DNA of 64,000 bases from the NCBI GenBank assembly GCA_000002435.2, contig CM018791.1. One strand, given 5' to 3'. Under the pieces are notes generated by a model. That model had not been told where the DNA came from, did no database searches, and saw only the letters and a list, made by a program, of their open reading frames with translations. Made by a program: the position numbers and the translations under genes. How positions within the stretch are numbered: position 1 is the stretch's first letter; every line of letters starts with the position of its first letter. The stretch comes from Giardia intestinalis. Lineage: Eukaryota. Shown piece by piece: positions 50,998 to 60,200 of the stretch.

Positions 50998-51519
50998 GTG
51001 CGATACGTCCACAAACTTTATATGGTAAAAATATTGGAGCGCCCAACAGCTATGAGCCTGAAGAAGGTATCCTCAGTTGTTCAGCAGACGCTGGGGTACG
51101 TCGCCATTTTCGCAGCACAGGTAAGCGGAGAGCTGGATCCCGTGAGTATGTACGGATACTTTTTGAATCTAGTTTTACGGTCACGATGCGAGTTGCATAT
51201 TTTTGTATATGCATCTTGTGTTGCCTATAACGTTTTCTGTATTTGGACTGGGCAACTAAGTGCTCTTCATGTTCGGCGGATTTTTCTCGCCGCTCTTAGC
51301 CTCTCCTACAACCTGCTTTCAGACACCGGAGCAGAAACAAGTGCGTGGGCAGGCGTCGCAGATGATTCCCTTTCTGAGACGGAACTAGCCAGGCTTCAGC
51401 AATGGGTCCTATCAATCACCGGTTGGAACATTCATCTACTGTCCTCTGACATTGATCGGATTTGGGCGTCCATTCTCAGGGGCAAGAGCATTTCACTATC
51501 AACCCCACCTAGCTGTTGA
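50998..51519 (+). CDS. PHO80-like (U/P-type) cyclin, a small 173-aa ORF.
   Basis: IFLAALSLSYNLLSDTGAETSAWAGVADDSLSETELARLQQWVLSITGWNIHL follows the cyclin-U pattern (LLVTCVMIAAKILDDVHYNNEFYARVGGVSNADLNKMELELLFLLDFRVTV). It sits in a 620-bp gap between convergent genes. Confidence 0.45.
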   Translation: MRYVHKLYMVKILERPTAMSLKKVSSVVQQTLGYVAIFAAQVSGELDPVSMYGYFLNLVLRSRCELHIFVYASCVAYNVFCIWTGQLSALHVRRIFLAALSLSYNLLSDTGAETSAWAGVADDSLSETELARLQQWVLSITGWNIHLLSSDIDRIWASILRGKSISLSTPPSC

Positions 51520-51548
51520 TAGGTTGAACAGAGCTGTTTACTTCCGTG

Positions 51549-52640
51549 TCATTGATGGCCCTCTTGGGCCTTATCATCCTTGGGAAAGAACTCGCTGACA
51601 CTATAGCATACTATTTTTGTATCGTGGAGCGCAGACGTGGCGTTTTTCCGCGAAAAATCCCATCCATTCTCCCATGTGTAGGATAGTCCCAGCGCTATCG
51701 TGTCGTGTTCCTGGGAGCTTATGTCTATCGACGCAATTCCCGAACTCTCACAGAGTCGAAACAAGCGCTTGCGGCTTTGCAAATTCCAAAGATACAGGTC
51801 TCCATCGGATCCCCCAGTGAATAGAGCGTTTCGCCATCCGCACCATTTGATCGCATTAATTGGGTACGAGACGAAGACATTGGCTTGCGGGTCTTGATGT
51901 CTGTGACAGCGGAAAGCATAGCGATCGGGTCCTGCAACGTTGTCAACAGCAATCCGTCCCTCGAGGCTGCCAAGGCAAAACTGATTACCGATATCGGAAA
52001 CGATGGCTACTGAGCGTGTTTGGTGTCTCAGGGGAGACTCTCGAACTAGTACCTGTTTGAAGAGAGGGCTACTACCAAGGTCGTTGGTTGGGAGACAGTC
52101 CCACATCTGTACAGTCCTAGAGGACAGCCCTAACAGGACACGGGAACCTCGCACGTCCATGCAGAAGATCTTGCCCCCAGCTGCTATTTTACTGAGTGGA
52201 GGCGGGGACCCGATGCGAGCGATTTCATGCGTTGAAGGGATGGGTGCTGCTGTCCGGATATCCCAAGCAGCCACATGGCTATCCCATGATCCACTTATCA
52301 CAATATTACGATTACTGGGAAGAACGCACACCTCCCGAACAGGAGCTGCATGCCTTCCCACTAGTGAAGTAGCACGCTTTCCGACAGAGGTAGTGAGGAC
52401 ATTGCCATCAGCACCTCCGGAAACTATCGTTGCGTCACTAACCCAGTCCACGGAGAATATTGGCTTGTTGTGCAGAGGAAGGCTTGCGATGAAGGTGCGG
52501 TCAGGATCCTTCTCCGCCGTGTTGTAGACGTATACATTTTCATCCCATGAGCTAACTGCCAAAAGCGGCTTGTCTGGTGCAAAGCGCACTCTCGTGATCC
52601 CATCTTTCGGCGTAACTGATAGTAGTCGCCTTGTCTCCAT
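51549..52640 (-). CDS. BUB3: Mitotic checkpoint protein BUB3 (WD40).
   Basis: PKDGITRVRFAP..LLAVSSWDENVYVY, LVGRHAAPVREVCVLPSNRNIVISGSWDSHVAAWDIRT, LGSLEGRIAV and RYAFRCHR...YPINAIKW...FTGGSDGDLYLWNLQSRKRLFRL are colinear with BUB3 (PEDGISSVKFSP, LVGTHDAPIRCV...VTGSWDQTVKLWDPRT, KYAFKCHR...YPVNAISFH...ATGGSDGFVNIWDPFNKKRLCQF). Confidence 0.8.
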   Translation of the reverse strand: METRRLLSVTPKDGITRVRFAPDKPLLAVSSWDENVYVYNTAEKDPDRTFIASLPLHNKPIFSVDWVSDATIVSGGADGNVLTTSVGKRATSLVGRHAAPVREVCVLPSNRNIVISGSWDSHVAAWDIRTAAPIPSTHEIARIGSPPPLSKIAAGGKIFCMDVRGSRVLLGLSSRTVQMWDCLPTNDLGSSPLFKQVLVRESPLRHQTRSVAIVSDIGNQFCLGSLEGRIAVDNVAGPDRYAFRCHRHQDPQANVFVSYPINAIKWCGWRNALFTGGSDGDLYLWNLQSRKRLFRLCESSGIASIDISSQEHDTIALGLSYTWENGWDFSRKNATSALHDTKIVCYSVSEFFPKDDKAQEGHQ

Positions 52641-52750
52641 TTGGATACGCAGCTACACGCAGAGCAGACCGAAGCTCTATCTCTTTTTCATTTTCAGTTG
52701 ATGCAAAAGCCCTTGCATTTCCAATTCTTGTATTCCGCCAGGTTGCCTGG

Positions 52751-53548
52751 ATGATCCCCATGCATGTGGCAGTGATAATGGATGGCAATGGTCGCTGGGC
52801 TCGCAAGCAGTTACAGGAACGGACCTTCGGGCACGAACAGGGCGTATCTGTTTTGGAGAGCATCGTTGATGAATGTATCAACTGCGGAATCCGCTTTCTC
52901 ACTGTTTATGCGTTCTCTACAGAAAATTGGAGTCGTCCCCCTACAGAGGTTTCATTTCTTTTTGAGCTCCTGAGTGCGGCCATTCAACGCGTACGGACCA
53001 CCTACAGAGAGAGGAATGTTAAAGTTCAATTCTGTGGAGAGCGAACCACACAGATACCAGAAACTGTCATCGCTGCAATGAACTGTATTGAACAGGACAC
53101 AGCTGCGTGTACAGGCCTCATCCTTTCCGTTTGCTTTAACTATGGCGGTCACACAGAGATCGCACAAGCCTGTAGAAGCGTCTTAGCTGATTGTCTCGAG
53201 GGTGATGCAGTGGAGAACATCAAGACACGGCTTCAAATGCCAATAGAACAGTTCATCCAACAGATTGATACACACCTCTATGCAAATTTGCCCCCTGTCG
53301 ATCTTCTTATCAGGACGGGTTGCGAGAAGCGACTCTCGAATTTCCTCCCCTGGCACTTAGCCTATGCTGAAATAATATTCAGCGACCTTCTCTGGCCTGA
53401 ATTCTCTGTTCGGGCCTTCAAAGATTGTCTCGATGAGTTTGCTTCGCGCACAAGACGGTTCGGAGGGGTCCAACTATCCCCAATGACGGGCGTTTACTCA
53501 GACACTCATCCTCACTCCTCCACAAATGCCCTATCGAACCATGACTGA
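52751..53548 (+). CDS. DHDDS: Dehydrodolichyl diphosphate synthase / cis-prenyltransferase (UPPS family).
   Basis: HVAVIMDGNGRWA, GIRFLTVYAFSTENWSRPPTEV, LLIRTGCEKRLSNFLPWHLAYAEIIFSDLLWPEF. The start was chosen at ATG 52751 (MIPMHVAV...); the longer track ORF would overlap the BUB3 start. Confidence 0.8.
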   Translation: MIPMHVAVIMDGNGRWARKQLQERTFGHEQGVSVLESIVDECINCGIRFLTVYAFSTENWSRPPTEVSFLFELLSAAIQRVRTTYRERNVKVQFCGERTTQIPETVIAAMNCIEQDTAACTGLILSVCFNYGGHTEIAQACRSVLADCLEGDAVENIKTRLQMPIEQFIQQIDTHLYANLPPVDLLIRTGCEKRLSNFLPWHLAYAEIIFSDLLWPEFSVRAFKDCLDEFASRTRRFGGVQLSPMTGVYSDTHPHSSTNALSNHD

Positions 53549-55476
53549 CTCTCATAGTCGTCAAAAGCAGAAGGACTAACAGCAGACCCCTTCTCTGCTA
53601 GGAGTTTCTTTAGGGCCCGCATGACACGGCACTCCATTATCACCCACTCAGTGGGCGCCTGTTTGCCACCATAGAGCTTCATGATCCTAACCATCTTCTG
53701 AATGTAATTTTCGACATTGATTGTAAACTGAATGTTGTATTGCTCTTCTGTATAATCTGTGTCGAGCTCAGAGCGGAATAGGCTCTTAAGGTCCTCGTAA
53801 TAAGGGATCCACCCAATAGGTGTGCACTTGGCTCTGTAGTGTCCACGTGTACGCCCGCATGCCCACGCAACCCACACCTTCTTATCAAGTTTGGAGTTGA
53901 GATACTCTCCGGTGGTGGGATCTTTCAGGAAATAGTTGACACCGAAAACCTTTGGCGCACGTGAGCCGAGAAGTCTACCAAAGCGGACGTGGTTCTCAAG
54001 ATACATCGGTACGGGGACAATCAGAAAGTCGAGGTTCGCCATAGGGTTCGACACAACGACACCCTGGGTGCCCAGAGTCGCAGCGGTTGTCTCTGACTCA
54101 ATGGAGCTTCCAATATAAACGCCATGAGCCCAGTTATGCGCCTGATAAACAGGGGGGCATGTGTTGGAGTCGCGGCCGCCGTAGAGGATGAGATCTACGT
54201 CCACACCATCCGGATTGTCCAGCTCCGGAGAAACGTTGCGGAGTTCCTTAAGGTTGAGTGTGAAGCGGGCATTTCCGTGCATGATAGGAAGCTCAGGCTT
54301 CGTCCAGGTCCCCTTATAATTTCGCCCACTGCTCGGAAGAAGACCAGGCTCGTTGACCATGTCGTTCTTGCTCTTGCCATAATACATCCCATCCCAGTAG
54401 GGTCTCCCATCCTCCCCAACTAGGACGTTGGAAAAGATACACTCACGCTCGCTAGTCAGGCAATCATAGATGAGGGGATCGTCACTCGGATTGACACCTG
54501 ATATGATCCCGAACATCCCTGTCTCGATGTTGACAGCCTTGCATCGGCGGATACCCATGTTATCGTCGACAATCTGCATGTAGACCATGTCGTCACCAAT
54601 GATGGATGAGCCTGGGGCCATGGACGTGGAGGTCTTCCCACACGCAGATGGGAATGCACCACAAACGTTAAGCTTGTCATTGGGGATACACGGATTGGCG
54701 AAGGTGGAAAGGAACATGTGCTCCGTAAGGTTGTTCTTCTCTGGGTGATGATTCGAGTCGTAGATTGCCAAGCGAAGAGCAAGCTTCTTGCACGCGAGGG
54801 CATTCCCAGCATATGAATTATTTATGGTATATACAAGATGCTCGACAGGATTGATATATATTCGACGCTTGTCAATGTCGACAGGCCTGTTTGCGCTGTC
54901 TGTTCTGCCCACAGAGTGGTAGAATGCATAAAACGAGCGGTTGGCAGACGTCTCCTTCATGTGCCTATTCACCATCTGTGCGAAGCCATTGCGGTACAGA
55001 ACATTCTCAGAGTGAAGAATGTACCACGAGTCAGTGAATTGGACTGCCGTTTTGGAGAACGAACAATTGACAGGCCCAAGGCAGTAAAAGGCGATAAGCA
55101 TCTGCTTGCCCTCCATACAGCCCTTCATTATCTCACGGACATGTGCAGTGCCTTCCTTGCGGTCGCGGGTCATGACATCTGCGTCCAGTCCAGTCTGATC
55201 GTCAAGAAGAATGAGAGTGTTCTTCTTATCACGACCCTGGTCATCCGGACTATCGAAGTGGTAAGTATGGCCAGGCATGGCGAGCTGATGCTCCTCGCCC
55301 TGTGCAAGAGCGTTCGAGCGGGCGTAGTCGATTTCCTCCTTGGAACTCGTCTGGATGTAAAGGGAGGATGGCCTCATGAGCTCTATCGCGTCCAGCAACA
55401 GCTCATTGAAAGCAGGGCAGTTGAGCTGGTCGATAATCGTCTGAGAACGCTCGTCGACAACGGGGTGGAGGCTCAT
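53512..55476 (-). CDS. PCK: Phosphoenolpyruvate carboxykinase (GTP).
   Basis: FPSACGKTS (kinase-1a), IGDDMVYMQ, NARFTLNL (HPNSRF-like), LILYGGRD, WAHGVYIGSSIESETTAA, KVFGVNYFLKD and TPIGWIP are all PEPCK-GTP hallmarks in the correct order. The start was taken at internal ATG 55476 to avoid overlap with the upstream gene. Confidence 0.85.
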   Translation of the reverse strand: MSLHPVVDERSQTIIDQLNCPAFNELLLDAIELMRPSSLYIQTSSKEEIDYARSNALAQGEEHQLAMPGHTYHFDSPDDQGRDKKNTLILLDDQTGLDADVMTRDRKEGTAHVREIMKGCMEGKQMLIAFYCLGPVNCSFSKTAVQFTDSWYILHSENVLYRNGFAQMVNRHMKETSANRSFYAFYHSVGRTDSANRPVDIDKRRIYINPVEHLVYTINNSYAGNALACKKLALRLAIYDSNHHPEKNNLTEHMFLSTFANPCIPNDKLNVCGAFPSACGKTSTSMAPGSSIIGDDMVYMQIVDDNMGIRRCKAVNIETGMFGIISGVNPSDDPLIYDCLTSERECIFSNVLVGEDGRPYWDGMYYGKSKNDMVNEPGLLPSSGRNYKGTWTKPELPIMHGNARFTLNLKELRNVSPELDNPDGVDVDLILYGGRDSNTCPPVYQAHNWAHGVYIGSSIESETTAATLGTQGVVVSNPMANLDFLIVPVPMYLENHVRFGRLLGSRAPKVFGVNYFLKDPTTGEYLNSKLDKKVWVAWACGRTRGHYRAKCTPIGWIPYYEDLKSLFRSELDTDYTEEQYNIQFTINVENYIQKMVRIMKLYGGKQAPTEWVIMECRVMRALKKLLAEKGSAVSPSAFDDYESQSWFDRAFVEE

Positions 55477-55553
55477 CTGAATTCTAAAACGAAAATGTAA
55501 TTTACTAGAAAGAAAACTCTTTGACCAAAAATAGTTTGAACAAAACCACAAAC

Positions 55554-57107
55554 CTAACTATCTGCAAATATGGCGGAATTAAAAGATACATCAGAGAGTT
55601 CCGAATCTGGCCTGCTGGCAAGGCGGCTCCGTATGCCTCGCTTTGACCTGCGCTTATCATCTAAGTCAGAGTTGTACGTACTAAAGCTGGATGTTAATTC
55701 AGAAATAGTTTGCACGGTGGGAACAGCGATCTTTTGTTGTTCTATAGGCCTTTTAGTTAATCCGAAAAGCAAACACTCCTCATCATTGTCGGAGATGTGC
55801 ACTGAGAGGGTCTCCTCATTAAGAACACCGCGATTTGCAGTTGAGCCCATATCTGGAATAGCGTCAGACTCTACATACGCAGCCGCTGCGTCTTTAGATG
55901 CCTGCGAAGACCCTGGAGGGACTACTGGGGCGTTAGAGATCTGAAGGCATGAGGCATACTCTGCTATCTTACTTGAGGTAGACTGAGCTACTATAGGTAC
56001 GTCTGCAGGATTGGATAAGTAGCTTCCAAGAGGACAGTGTGCATGTGAGACAGACTGGGGAACCTGCATTGATAGTGCATTGAGGTGTGTAGGATAGCTG
56101 GCAGAAGAACTTGTCAGACTATGGACAGGGCACTCTAAGTAATTGCTCATATCTGGTAAGCAGCAGCACTTGACGTTAGTAGGGGAGACTGACGGAAGAG
56201 TGGTTGCCTGATTGGAACTGGTTGCTGAAAAGATATTCGTGGGCATAGATGCACTGGTAGACCAAGTGTTAGAGCTAAACGTTGTTAACTGTAGATTTTC
56301 ATATGGAGAGGGGCCCATGTGGAAATTAGGTGATTGATTGAAGTGTGGATGCATTGAGAGTGGCTGTTGAGACTGTAAATACCGAGGGCTAGTAGACGGG
56401 TGGAACATAGACGGCTTGGTGTCTAGGAAGGAGGATATCGGAACTGGGTTCGGCCTTGGTGCCAGTTGATCGATAGATCCCCCCAATGCTCCTGTGGAAG
56501 GAGGGAATGTTTGGCTAAGCATGTGGTGAATAGGAAGATTGGGCATGTTTGTGCTCAATTGTGCCCCTCCCATAATGGGGACAGTATTGTCTTTATCCTT
56601 CTGGCGTATAAACCGACCACCTGCCCGTGGTCTATCACAGGCAATTTTTCTTCGCAGTTCATAGAGGCAGCGCTTGCCAAGAGATCGCAGGCCTCGGCCT
56701 CGCAAATACTTGGTCAGGAGGGACGCCCTTTCTGTCAGAGAAAACTTCCCAATGTGCGAAAGTTGACGAGGGTGCTTAATGTAGTATGTTGTCAATAAGT
56801 CTATGGGCTTAATATAGGTAGAAAGTGTATCTACTTCTGTTGCAAGGTGTTTAAACCCAAATGACTCCACAATGGGGGTGGAGCTAAGCTCTGCTATCTT
56901 AGCATCGAAGCTAGCCTTAGCATCGATAAGAGTCTGGATCTTGTCTTGCTGCTGAAGCTGTCCGACTTTATTACACAGCACAGACTGAACTTTAACAAGG
57001 TGAACTAGTAAATCATCCGGGTTCATTTGATTGAGCGCTGCGATGTCATCAATAATTTCCCCTCCTATCGCGGCGGCGGTTAGAGCCGAGGCAGGTACAT
57101 CGTCCAT
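55554..57107 (-). CDS. Protein with a CCT / NF-YA-like basic motif (putative DNA-binding or regulatory protein).
   Basis: Residues ~139-183 (ERASLLTKYLRGRGLRSLGKRCLYELRRKIACDRPRAGGRFIRQK) align almost gaplessly to the CCT consensus [42 protein letters not shown]. The rest is S/T/P/Q-rich. The first ATG is at 57107; the track ORF starts at a TTG. The promoter region is AT-rich. Confidence 0.55.
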   Translation of the reverse strand: MDDVPASALTAAAIGGEIIDDIAALNQMNPDDLLVHLVKVQSVLCNKVGQLQQQDKIQTLIDAKASFDAKIAELSSTPIVESFGFKHLATEVDTLSTYIKPIDLLTTYYIKHPRQLSHIGKFSLTERASLLTKYLRGRGLRSLGKRCLYELRRKIACDRPRAGGRFIRQKDKDNTVPIMGGAQLSTNMPNLPIHHMLSQTFPPSTGALGGSIDQLAPRPNPVPISSFLDTKPSMFHPSTSPRYLQSQQPLSMHPHFNQSPNFHMGPSPYENLQLTTFSSNTWSTSASMPTNIFSATSSNQATTLPSVSPTNVKCCCLPDMSNYLECPVHSLTSSSASYPTHLNALSMQVPQSVSHAHCPLGSYLSNPADVPIVAQSTSSKIAEYASCLQISNAPVVPPGSSQASKDAAAAYVESDAIPDMGSTANRGVLNEETLSVHISDNDEECLLFGLTKRPIEQQKIAVPTVQTISELTSSFSTYNSDLDDKRRSKRGIRSRLASRPDSELSDVSFNSAIFADS

Positions 57108-57228
57108 AGATTCTTTGGTATGCTTTGATATGGTTTTGTGTAAAAACAACTATGCATGTAAATTTTACATTTTTGTACATCAGCGGCTTTAACTTTGCAC
57201 ACTCTCGATTCCCAGGCTGGAGGGTTCC

Positions 57229-60200
57229 ATGCAGACAGATTCTTCCACTGGGTGTGAGGTGGGGGTCGCCTGCAATGCGTTACCTGATGCAACATATTAT
57301 CTGATAAATTTGAACCAATTGCCATCTGGTGACGCTGAGCTCACACTTTTTCGTGCCAATAAGCTTTCTGTCCGAAAATCATATGGATTTCTAGACTTTT
57401 CATACACACTGATAAATAAGGAGAGTGACTTGCTTATAGCGCGCAAATCGCCTCTTATCTCTAGCTCCCCGTTTTGGGACTATCTATTTGACTCTCAGTT
57501 TCGTTTCCAGTCATGCTCGTTGCTATTTTGGCATGCATTTATCTTCTTATTACGTGTCATCAGATGGGCATCTTCCCAGGGCCCAAGGCACAATGTCTGG
57601 CTAGACTTTCTGAATTCAGCTCTACACGGTAATGTGTTCGACTACCTTATTGTTCTAGATACCGGTATTCTCGTACTTGACACTCCAAACCTACTTCTAG
57701 CATGCCTTAAATCGGGAACTAGCACGATTAAAAGGATATCAGACGAGACCACTCCTATTGTATTGGAGGCAACGCTGGTGTGGGCGCTCGGATCCTACTT
57801 TTCCACGACTATCCCAGAGCTTTTTAACAATCTGGATCCGTGCTATTCCTCTCTTTCTGGTTACACAGCATATCAACCAATAGACGTATCCATGCAGAAA
57901 TTATCTTCTTTAGCTGACAAGATTGCAAACGGAGAAAACTCTTTTCCTGCTGCACAGATACTGAAGGATCCTATTGTAAGGAGGATGGAGATTCTAGTGG
58001 ATAGGCTATGCCTTATTTGCAGATCAGACCGCGGGTTTACACAATTGATGACGGCGGCAAAAGAGAATAACGAGAACGAATTGAAGAAATTTATATACCA
58101 ATCCAATCTGACTTCCAGTACTCCCTTGGGGTTAACGGCATTGATGGTAGCAATCCGCAATAGGTCATCTCTGGCCGCAAAGGTTCTAGTCCCGTATGAG
58201 GCATGTAGTATAGATTCAGCCGGTTCCACTGCTCTTATGTACTCTGTCCAGAATAAGCTCTATGACGGGGCCGAGGCTCTTGCCTCACTCGAGTGTGGAA
58301 TACGCAATAAGGAAAACAAGACAGCAATCTACTTAGCTTACGAGCAGCACGACCATAAAATGCTAGAGATTCTTGCACCGTGGGAGAACCATCTAGTATA
58401 TGATAACGGCAAGACACTACTTATGATAGCCTCCAGCCAGAACAACATCTCAGCTGTTAATATTCTTCTTAAGTACGAAGCTGGCGTTTCTGATCGATCT
58501 GGGCACATGGCCTCTCGCTATGCCCTTCTCAATGGGCATAGAGAGGTTTTCAATGCGCTCCTGCCTGCCGAGCAGAGTATCATGAAGCGCTTTAGTTGCA
58601 CCCCGCTAATGATCGCAGTTGCCCAAAACGATGTCAAGCAGGTCTCCATAGAACTCAACGTATACCCCAGGCGCAAATTCAAGGGAATCACAGCTCTTAT
58701 GATAGCAGTGCTAATGAATTCTAAGGAAGAGATTCTTGAAATGCTGGAGGCTAAGGAGGCACGCATGGTCAACACCAAAGGCCAGACTGCTCTTATGCTC
58801 GCTGTTCAGAGGAATCTAATACCCTACGTTACTAGGCTGGCTCCATTAGAAGCAGGAATATTTGACAAGAGGGGGCATACTGCCTTAATGTACGCTATAC
58901 AAGCTAAGAATATCGCTGCCGTGAAAATTCTAATTTGCTATGAAACCGGATTGGTTAATCCCTACACAGGGGCCACAGCACATCACATGATTAAGTCCAT
59001 TTCAGAAACAGAGCAAGATATTGCTTTAGCGCAGGAGCTAACCCAGACTGTGGGAAGGTATGAGACATTCAATCGTGATGCCTATGGGAACACGCCTTTG
59101 ATTCATGCTGTGATTGCCAATAACAAGGGTTTACTACAAGAATACGCTTGCCAGGCTAAGCTTCGAAACTTCCATGGACGCACTGCCTTGCATTTCGCAG
59201 TTGAGCTAGGTAATTTTGAAGTAGCGCAGGAGCTGCTTGAGCTTGGGGCAGGCGGTTTGCAAGATTACTCTGGAGTAACTGCACTTATGATAGCGGCAAC
59301 GAATGGCCAAACAGACTTGTTGGACCTCCTTCTTAGTCACGAAGCAGGAGAGACCAGGCGTGTGACCACAGCAGGAAAGAGTGCCCTTATTCTTGCTCTA
59401 GAGAATGGGCACACCTCTGCAGCATCTACACTTGCCATCTATGAATCAGGTATTGTTGATGAGGCGGGCGCCTTTGCAGCCAAGATCGCGGCCATGAAAG
59501 GCTACACTAACGTCTTTACTCAGCTTTATGAGCAGGAGAAGAACCTGCTTTACAACGACGGGTTCACTCACCTCATGCTAGCAGCGATAAGGAATGATAT
59601 AAAGACACTCCGGCAAAACATGCAAACGGATGCACGTACTGCGCTTCCTGGAAGTGGGATGTCTGCGCTAATGCTAGCAACTATCCACGGAAATCAGGAA
59701 GCGTGCCGGTTGCTTCTATCAGTCGAAAGTTGTATGGTTAACTCTGAAGGAAAGACTGCTTTGATGCTTGCTGCTGAGCGTGATCTATGCAGCATAGTGA
59801 AGATGCTCTCTAGTATTGAGGCAGGCCTAAGGGACTATAGAGGAACATCAGCGCTGATGATCGCGGCCATGCGGGGTCACCCTGAGAATGTTGCCGAGCT
59901 CATGAGGTACGAGGCAGGAATTGCCAATAATGCAAAGCAAACAGCAGCGTCGCTTGCATACTGGTCCAATCATAAACAGATCTTTTGCATGCTAGCCCAG
60001 GCAGAACTGAGCATCAGAGACGCTCGTGGAAATACTGAGTTAATGAAAGCAGTTATGAATAAGGATATAAAGCAGGCCACTGCTATGGTGCACCTGGCAG
60101 GCTGCAAGAATTTCAACGGAGAAACAGCCCTGATGATCGCTGTCAAAGAGAGGTTCTACGACGGCGTCGTTTTGCTGGCGGATCTAGAATCTAGTATCCA

